This document shows positions 55,401 to 64,000 of a DNA stretch of 64,000 bases, in pieces. The first letter of the stretch is position 1; each line of letters starts with the position of its first letter. The stretch lies in NCBI GenBank assembly GCA_965655095.1, contig OZ296648.1, forward strand, positions 50,592,001 to 50,656,000. The letters run 5' to 3'. The notes beneath the pieces are model-generated. The model searched no databases and was not told the DNA's origin. It saw only the letters and a program-made list of their open reading frames with translations. Position numbers and translations under genes: made by a program. Source of the stretch: Haplodiscus bocki (Eukaryota).

Positions 55401-58200
55401 ACAAATTTTGTTTCGAGCCATATGTGAAGTTCCTGGTTGTCAAGTGTTTTAGAAAAAGCTACTGAAACAAGTTGTTTTCGACTTCCAAACTGAGACAACT
55501 CAGAAATTACCGTTTTGATTTCTTCCACTCGTGACTCCATGGAAGCCATTCTTCTTGTAGAGGAGCTTTCAGCTGAAAACGTGCAGAAACTCGTGCTTGC
55601 ATCACATACAATCGAATCCGACAAATCATCAAGCGCTACTGATAATATGTCTTCTCGAGAATCGAATATAAAATGCTCGGTAACCACGGGTTTGATTTTT
55701 GTCTTCGGGGTTCCTACGGAACACTTTACAAATTAATTGGAGCATTGAATGGGAAATTTCTGATTTTCATCCCTGCATCAAAGATTTGACAGTCGGAAAG
55801 TTCCCAAATGTTACTTCAGTTTTGATAAATTTCGACATTCACATTCATTTAATTCGGTCAGTAGAGGTTTGATTTCTTTCATCAGTGTCTGAATCGAGAA
55901 AAAGGTACGTAGAAAAAAAGTATCGATTAGAAACTCAATGAATTAGTTATTTGCATCAAAATCAGGATAATAGCATTCATTGTACGTGGTTTTATTTTTG
56001 GTTTCTTTCGCCATTCACAATCGAATTCCTCCGTAACTACAGCTTTGATTTGATCCAAAAAGCTTTGAGTCTGACAATTTTTATTTATGCAAAAAAAACC
56101 GATTGAAATGCAATTAATTGTGTTTTTTGGATCAGATTTATGAGAATCCGAACCGTGCAAGAAGCGCTCATAATTCTGATTCATCTTGGTTTAAAAATTG
56201 TATTTTCCCTTTACTGCCAGCAAAATTTCCTTCATCAGAGTGTCACTTGATAGAAATTTAGTTTGCTGGGAAACTTTCGTTTTAAAAGGCATTGATTTTG
56301 TTCCTTGCTCCTGAAACTTGATAGCTCAAAAATGACAACGATTCGCTATTTCTTCTGACGTTTTTCCTTTTCTTCAACTCATGGTTCTCCATATCTGCTG
56401 ACTAATGCGCAAACATTTTCGGGAGCAGATTTTTGGTGATTTGAATATTACTTACGTACGAACGTCGCTGCGGTTACGAACCAGCAAGTAGCAATTTGGA
56501 ATCCTGTTGTCAGCCCTAATTTTGCCCATTTGTATAGAAATTCGTTTTTAAAATTTTAGAAACCGAAAAATTCGGGTTTTCTCGACAAAACTTGGCGTTT
56601 ACGGATGATTGTTCTCTTTTCGTTTGGAAAAATTGTTCAATTTCTGCAGTAATTGAAGCAAAATGACTTTCCCCGATGCCTCCCAGAAAATTTGGTAAAA
56701 ATGGATTTTCCAAAAAAGCCGTAAGGTGTTGAAAGTTTGTAAATCTGCTCAATATTGTTGTTGAATTTGTAGACAATTGTTTCTTTTCATATTGAGGTTA
56801 TCAGCTTTTCCAATATATTTCATTCCCGGAATCATTAAACGCTGTTTCGAAGAAACTGCTATTAGAACGTGTAGTTCTCTGATCCCCAGATTCAGAAATA
56901 CCAGAAAGCGCATTTAGTTTTGAGCTGCTTCTTTCTTGCAGCAATTTTTTCACTGTTGCTGCTATTTTCTCTCTAAAGTTCAAGGCTCATTTTTTTCATC
57001 TATGTCTCAATAAGAGGGCTTGTACTTGTTAAGAGTACTCCCTCAAAAAATGGTGGTCCAGTGCTTTGTGACCGGATAGTAGTAAATTTGAGAAAATGCT
57101 ATCAATATTGATCTCTCTCGAATTCGATCTCTTCGTCTCAGCAATAACACGATTGATTTTCTCCATCATGGTCTGCACGGAAAAATCCACAAGCGCTGAG
57201 GGGGATATTTTTCAGGAAAAATTTGTTTTGAAAAAAATTTATGTGTTAACAAGTTCCTGAGTTTGAGAAAAACATACTCAGTCAAGATTCTCTCGATTTT
57301 CAATCTCGCACAACTCAGAAACTACAGGTTTGATCTCTTACACTGAGGACCTAATTGAAAACTTTTTTCTTGGAGAGGACCTTTCGGTTAAAGTTGGCTG
57401 AGTTCCATGCTTGCATCACATTCATGAGAATCCGAAAAATCATAAAGTGCTACTCATAATGTGTCTTCTTGAGAAAAGATTTTATGTTTCTCGCTAACTA
57501 CAGGTTTAATTTGTGACATCGGGGTCTCAAAGAAAAGCTTTATTTTTTATTCGGAGCATGAGATGAAATATTCATTGATTTTTATCCCTGCGTCAAACTC
57601 CTGGCAGTCCCAAACTTCCGAAATGTTCTACTCGTTTTGATATGTCTCGATACTCACATTCAATTATCTCGACAACTATAGGTTTAATTCCTTTCATCAG
57701 CGTGGCAATCGAGAAATTATACTAAGAGATGATATCAACTGAAACTCGTTGAGTTAGCTCTTTGCTTCAAAACCCGGGTAAAAACAAAGTTCGATGTTGG
57801 TTTTCTCGTTGATTTCTCAAGTTATTCAGGATCATACTAATCTGTAACTACATGCTTGCTTTCTTTATCAAGCTCTCGATCGAACAAATTCTCCTTGTGA
57901 AAGAGAATTCGATTGAAAAGTCAATTAAAGTGATCTTTAAATCAAAAATCTGATAATCTGAATGCTGCCAAATGAGCTATTGTTTCTGATTCATCTTGCG
58001 ATACAAATTCTTTTCTTTTCCTGAATGGCCAGCATCAATTCCTTCAGAAAAGGTATCATAAAAGACCTTTGACTGCCGAGGAAAGGTTGTTTTTACAAAG
58101 ACTGATTTCGTTCTTGCATTCGAATTTTGATTTTTTGAAAAAACCAGAGATTTGCTATTGTTTCTGGTGTTCCTCGTATACTTGACTCATTGTTCTCCGT
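52400..58200. repeat. Three strongly diverged singleton ~1.81-1.82 kb units (transition layer)
   Basis: The landmarks stay collinear (52766, 54577, 56397, 58205; spacings 1811, 1820, 1808), but no near-identical full-length copy of these units exists elsewhere in the window. Confidence 0.85.
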
Positions 58201-61200
58201 AACCACTGACACAGATGCGTGCATTTTGGAAAGAAGAACCGTTGGTGCCCTGAAGAAGAACACATGTAAGGGCGTCACCGTCGTCCGGAGGCAAGAAGTA
58301 CCAGGTTCGATTGGTGCCGGCGGCCCTATTTTTTACTTGTTTTTAGATACTCGTTGACGCATTCTTAAGTACTAATACCTATGAAAACAGGCTTTTTTCA
58401 ACAAAACTTAGAGTTATGGATAAAAACGTTCCAGTTCACTCAACAAAATCATCCAGTTTCCGCAGCAATTTCAGCAATATGAATTTTCTCGGTCTTTTTT
58501 GGATGAGCTGCGAACTAAAAAGAAGTTTCGGAAATCACCAAAACAATTTGAAAATTTTTAAAACTTTCAGAAAAATCCATTACAGACGTAAACATTTGAC
58601 TTTTATTCAATCTTTGGGCAACAGTTTTTTCGACTGCCGTTGTTTTTCCAGGTTGAAAAACAGTTTATTTCGAAAATTGGGAAATACCGCTACTAAACAG
58701 GTAGTTCCCTGATCCCCGGATTGAGGGAACGCGAAAACGCACTAATCGTATTGAGCTTCGTTTGTGTTGCAATATTTTCTCCTATAACAATTCAAGGCTC
58801 AGGCCTTTCATCTAGATACCAATCAGAAGCCTCATAGTTGTGCAGTAGTTCACCATCAGAACATCAGTGGTCTTGTGTCTTCTCCTACAATCCAGTTAGT
58901 GCGAAAGATCCTGGAAGTATTGATTTGAATCGATATTCAAATGTTTTCTCAGAAACTACACGTTTGATTTCTTCCATTATGGTTTCAAGAGGAAAATATT
59001 TCTTGTAGACGACAAACCGTTCAAAAAGTCATGGAGTTTTGTGCTTGCATCAGATTAATGATAATCCGAACGCTCCAAAAAGTGCTACTATTAACGTGTT
59101 TTTCGAGAAATTAAATCATGTTTCTCGACACCTACCGGTTCGGTTTCTGTCAACGGGGTCTCAACGGTAAACTTTACACTTTCATTGGGGCATTGAATGA
59201 GAAAGTCATTCATTTGCATCCCTGCAACAAAACTGTGACAGTCCGAAAATTCCCGAAAATCCCTTTAGTTGTGATATATCTCAATATTCATTATCAATCA
59301 TCTCGGTAGCTACAGGTTTGAATTTCCTCATCAGTGTCTCAGTCAATAAATTTACATTCAGATAAAAAGTCGTTTCATAAGTTTTTCGGTTACTTTTTTT
59401 CAAAAAAAACGGATAAAAAAGATGGTGCTTTTATCATAGAATTCTCTCGGTATTCACAATCATACTTTTTTGTAATTACAGGCTTGACTGCTTCCATCAA
59501 GATTTGAGTCGAACAATTTCTGTTTGTGGAAAAAATTTCGATTGAAATGTCCTTAAAGGTATTCTTCAAATCAAAATTCTGATAATCTGAATGCTGCAAA
59601 ATGAGCTATCGTTTCTGATTCACCTTCAGATACAAATTGTTCCCTTCTCCTGAACGGCCGGCATGAAGTCCGTCATCAAGGTCCCAAAACAACGACATTT
59701 AATTGCCGAGGAATGATAGTTTTGAGAAACATCGATTTAGTCCTTGCATTGGAATTTTAATTTTTCGAAAAAACCAGAGGTTTGCTAATAGTTTTTGGTG
59801 TTCTTCGTATACTTGAATCATTGTTCTCCGTAACCGCTGACACAGATGCGTGCCTTTTGGAAAGAAGAACCGTTAGTGCCCTGAAGAAGAACACATGTAA
59901 GGGCGTCACCGTCGTCCGGAGGCAAGAAGTACCAGGTTCGATTGGTGCCGGCGGCCCTATTTTTTACTTGTTTTTAGATACTCGTTGACGCCTTCTTAAG
60001 TACTAATACCTATGAAAACAGGCTTTTTTCAACAAAAGTTAGAGTTATGGATAAAAACGTTCCAGTTCACTCGACAAAATCATCCAGTTTCCGCAGCAAT
60101 TTCAGCAATATGAATTTTCTCGGTCTTTTTTGGATGAGCTGCGAACTAAAAAGAAGTTTCGGAAATCACCAAAACAATTTGAAAATTTTTAAAACTTTCA
60201 GAAAAATCCATTACAGACGTAAACATTTGACTTTTATTCAATCTTTGGGCAACAGTTTTTTCGACTGCCGTTGTTTTTCCAGGTTGAAAAACAGTTTATT
60301 TCGAAAATTGGGAAATACCGCTACTAAACAGGTAGTTCCCTGATCCCCGGATTGAGGGAACGCGAAAACGCACTAATCGTATTGAGCTTCGTTTGTGTTG
60401 CAATATTTTCTCCTATAACAATTCAAGGCTCAGGCCTTTCATCTAGATATCAATCAGAAGCCTCATAGTTGTGCAGTAGTTCACCATCAGAACATCAGTG
60501 GTCTTGTGTCTTCTCCTACAATCCAGTTAGTGCGAAAGATCCTGGAAGTATTGATTTGAATCGATATTCAAATGTTTTCTCAGAAACTACACGTTTGATT
60601 TCTTCCATTATGGTTTCAAGAGGAAAATATTTCTTGTAGACGACAAACCGTTCAAAAAGTCATGGAGTTTTGTGCTTGCATCAGATTAATGATAATCCGA
60701 ACGCTCCAAAAAGTGCTACTATTAACGTGTTTTTCGAGAAATTAAATCATGTTTCTCGACACCTACCGGTTCGGTTTCTGTCAACGGGGTCTCAACGGTA
60801 AACTTTACACTTTCATTGGGGCATTGAATGAGAAAGTCATTCATTTGCATCCCTGCAACAAAACTGTGACAGTCCGAAAATTCCCGAAAATCCCTTTAGT
60901 TGTGATATATCTCAATATTCATTATCAATCATCTCGGTAGCTACAGGTTTGAATTTCCTCATCAGTGTCTCAGTCAATAAATTTACATTCAGATAAAAAG
61001 TCGTTTCATAAGTTTTTCGGTTACTTTTTTCAAAAAAAAACGGATAAAAAAGATGGTGCTTTTATCATAGAATTCTCTCGGTATTCACAATCATACTTTT
61101 TTGTAATTACAGGCTTGACTGCTTCCATCAAGATTTGAGTCGAACAATTTCTGTTTGTGGAAAAAATTTCGATTGAAGTGTCCTTAAAGGTATTCTTCAA

Positions 61201-64000
61201 ATCAAAATTCTGATAATCTGAATGCTGCAAAATGAGCTATCGTTTCTGATTCACCTTCAGATACAAATTGTTCCCTTCTCCTGAACGGCCGGCATGAAGT
61301 CCGTCATCAAGGTCCCAAAACAACGACATTTAATTGCCGAGGAATGATAGTTTTGAGAAACATCGATTTAGTCCTTGCATTGGAATTTTAATTTTTCGAA
61401 AAAACCAGAGGTTTGCTAATAGTTTTTGGTGTTCTTCGTATACTTGAATCATTGTTCTCCGTAACCGCTGACACAGATGCGTGCCTTTTGGAAAGAAGAA
61501 CCGTTGGTGCCCTGAAGAAGAACACATGTAAGGGCGTCACCGTCGTCCGGAGGCAAGAAGTACCAGGTTCGATTGGTGCCGGCGGCCCTATTTTTTACTT
61601 GTTTTTAGATACTCGTTGACGCCTTCTTAAGTACTAATACCTATGAAAACAGGCTTTTTTCAACAAAACTTAGAGTTATGGATAAAAACGTTCCAGTTCA
61701 CTCGACAAAATCATCCAGTTTCCGCAGCAATTTCAGCAATATGAATTTTCTCGGTCTTTTTTGGATGAGCTGCGAACTAAAAAGAAGTTTCGGAAATCAC
61801 CAAAACAATTTGAAAATTTTTAAAACTTTCAGAAAAATCCATTACAGACGTAAACATTTGACTTTTATTCAATCTTTGGGCAACAGTTTTTTCGACTGCC
61901 GTTGTTTTTCCAGGTTGAAAAACAGTTTATTTCGAAAATTGGGAAATACCGCTACTAAACAGGTAGTTCCCTGATCCCCGGATTGAGGGAACGCGAAAAC
62001 GCACTAATCGTATTGAGCTTCGTTTGTGTTGCAATATTTTCTCCTATAACAATTCAAGGCTCAGGCCTTTCATCTAGATATCAATCAGAAGCCTCATAGT
62101 TGTGCAGTAGTTCACCATCAGAACATCAGTGGTCTTGTGTCTTCTCCTACAATCCAGTTAGTGCGAAAGATCCTGGAAGTATTGATTTGAATCGATATTC
62201 AAATGTTTTCTCAGAAACTACACGTTTGATTTCGTCCATTATGGTTTCAAGAGGAAAATATTTCTTGTAGACGACAAACCGTTCAAAAAGTCATGGAGTT
62301 TTGTGCTTGCATCAGATTAATGATAATCCGAACGCTCCAAAAAGTGCTACTATTAACGTGTTTTTCGAGAAATGAAATCATGTTTCTCGACACCTACCGG
62401 TTCGGTTTCTGTCAACGGGGTCTCAACGGTAAACTTTACACTTTCATTGGGGCATTGAATGAGAAAGTCATTCATTTGCATCCCTGCAACAAAACTGTGA
62501 CAGTCCGAAAATTCCCGAAAATCCCTTTAGTTGTGATATATCTCAATATTCATTATCAATCATCTCGGTAGCTACAGGTTTGAATTTCCTCATCAGTGTC
62601 TCAGTCAATAAATTTACATTCAGATAAAAAGTCGTTTCATAAGTTTTTCGGTTACTTTTTTCAAAAAAAACGGATAAAAAAGATGGTGCTTTTATCATAG
62701 AATTCTCTCGGTATTCACAATCATACTTTTTTGTAATTACAGGCTTGACTGCTTCCATCAAGATTTGAGTCGAACAATTTCTGTTTGTGGAAAAAATTTC
62801 GATTGAAGTGTCCTTAAAGGTACTCTTCAAATCAAAATTCTGATAATCTGAATGCTGCAAAATGAGCTATCGTTTCTGATTCACCTTCAGATACAAATTG
62901 TTCCCTTCTCCTGAACGGCCGGCATGAAGTCCGTCATCAAGGTCCCAAAACAACGACATTTAATTGCCGAGGAATGATAGTTTTGAGAAACATCGATTTA
63001 GTCCTTGCATCGGAATTTTAATTTTTCGAAAAAACCAGAGGTTTGCTAATAGTTTTTGGTGTTCTTCGTATACTTGAATCATTGTTCTCCGTAACCGCTG
63101 ACACAGATGCGTGCCTTTTGTATAAAAGAACCGTTGGTGTATTGAAGAAAAGCACATGTAAGGGCGTCACCGTCGACAGGAGGCAAGAAGTCCCAGGTTC
63201 GAAATGTGCCGTCAGCCCTATTTCTTGTACTTGTTCTTAGATACTCGTTGACGCATTCTTAAGTACTAATACCTATGAAAACAGGCTTTTTTCAACAAAA
63301 CTTAGAGTTATGGATAAAAACGTTCCAGTTCACTCGACAAAATCATCCAGTTTCCGCAGCAATTTCAGCAATATGAATTTTCTCGGTCTTTTTTGGATGA
63401 ACTGCGAACTAAAAAGAAGTTTCGGAAATCACCAAAACAATTTGAAAATTTTCAAAACTTTCAGAAAAATCCATTACAGACGTAAACATTTGACTTTTAT
63501 TCAATCTTTGGGCAACAGTTTTTTCGACTGCCGTTGTTTTTCCAGGTTGAAAAACAGTTTATTTCGAAAATTGGGAAATACCGCTACTAAACAGTTAGTT
63601 CCCTGATCCCCGGATTGAGGGAACGCGAAAACGCACTAATCGTATTGAGCTTCGTTTGTGTTGCAATATTTTCTCCTATAACAATTCAAGGCTCAGGCCT
63701 TTCATCTAGATATCAATCAGAAGCCTCATACTTGTGCAAGAGTTCACCATCAGAACATCAGTGGTCTTGTGTCTTCTCCTACAATCCAGTTAGTGCAAAA
63801 GATCCTGGAAGTATTGATTTGAATCGATATTCAAATGTTTTCTCAGAAACTACACGTTTGATTTCTTCCATTATGGTTTCAAGAGGAAAATATTTCTTGT
63901 AGACGACAAACCGTTCCAAAAGTCATGGAGTTTTGTGCTTGCATCAGATTAATGATAATCCGAACGCTCCAAAAGGTGATACTTTTAACGTGTTTTTCGA
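58200..64000. repeat. D subfamily: homogeneous 1631 bp tandem repeat (~3.5 copies), ~9 sub-monomers per unit
   Basis: Near-identical copies, for example at 58416/60047/61678/63310 and 59118/60749. The unit is collinear with the 1.8 kb unit except for one ~182 bp gap. Confidence 0.95.

Larger units (their letters stand above)
1..64000. repeat. Complex tandem satellite array filling the whole window (~32 copies of a ~1.8 kb unit followed by ~3.5 copies of a related 1.63 kb unit), all in one orientation
   Basis: The homologous landmark occurs at 671, 2466, 4265, 6066, 7862, 9661, 11455, 13249, 15041, 16834, 18622, 20418, 22214, 24011, 25807, 27605, 29397, 31205, 33002, 34802, 36599, 38404, 40200, 42001, 43794, 45589, 47380, 49176, 50973, 52766, 54577, 56397, 58205, 59836, 61467 and 63097. 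Near-identical short ORF translations recur at the same periods. No unique sequence was seen, and the array runs off both window ends. Confidence 0.98.

Noticed and set aside
58416-58712. 98 aa ORF (MDKNVPVH...) intact in all four D copies
   Set aside because: The D copies are near-identical throughout, so conservation is uninformative. The frame is not seen in the homologous part of the 1.8 kb units.
10-63902. All short ORFs in the track (60-117 aa) as a tandem gene family
   Set aside because: They occur on both strands in overlapping frames, show no recognisable domain, and appear, vanish or frameshift between homologous units. Indels of 1, 7, 8, 10 and 11 bp are tolerated.
1-64000. Giant repeat protein read with an alternative genetic code (~60 aa repeat from ~180 bp)
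   Set aside because: The measured core spacings (175, 176, 179) and most unit lengths are not multiples of three, and frameshifting indels are common.
1-64000. CRISPR-like array formed by the recurring actacaggtttgatttct core
   Set aside because: The cores are degenerate, the intervening ~160 bp stretches are themselves repeated rather than unique spacers, and there are no cas-like ORFs.
1-64000. Transposon or MITE-derived tandem units
   Set aside because: No terminal inverted repeats, target-site duplications, LTR ends, poly-A tails or transposase/RT remnants were seen.
1-64000. Calling this a functional centromere, a CENP-B box-containing repeat, or assigning a species
   Set aside because: The architecture is only suggestive. 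No CENP-B box was found by eye and the sequence was not recognised as a known family.
1-64000. Whole array as an assembly expansion artefact
   Set aside because: Units carry structured, shared multi-base variants that define subfamilies, which random error would not create. Single-base homopolymer differences and the exact copy number of near-identical neighbours remain uncertain.

Overview
The whole 64 kb is one AT-rich (roughly one third GC by eye), head-to-tail, single-orientation, non-coding tandem array, most consistent with a eukaryotic complex satellite. A landmark (GCTGA-c/t-TAATG-like) recurs 36 times. It is spaced 1788-1820 bp (mean about 1798) from 671 to 58205, then 1631/1631/1630 bp to the window end. 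The ~1.8 kb unit is itself built from about ten highly diverged ~175-185 bp sub-monomers (core 'aactacaggtttgatttct'). The 1.63 kb unit at the right end lacks one sub-monomer in register, so a 10-mer higher-order repeat gives way to a 9-mer. The array is layered into sequence subfamilies: A/B, A', C, three old singleton units, then D. It shows in-phase chimeric junctions, shared variants at whole-unit offsets (1, 2, 5, 7 and 8 units) and short patch-like tracts of about 70-190 bp. No protein-coding gene, RNA gene, CRISPR array or transposon is supported, and the listed ORFs are chance frames that recur with the repeat. The organism and any centromeric role cannot be established from sequence alone. 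All comparisons were done by eye, so boundaries are approximate.
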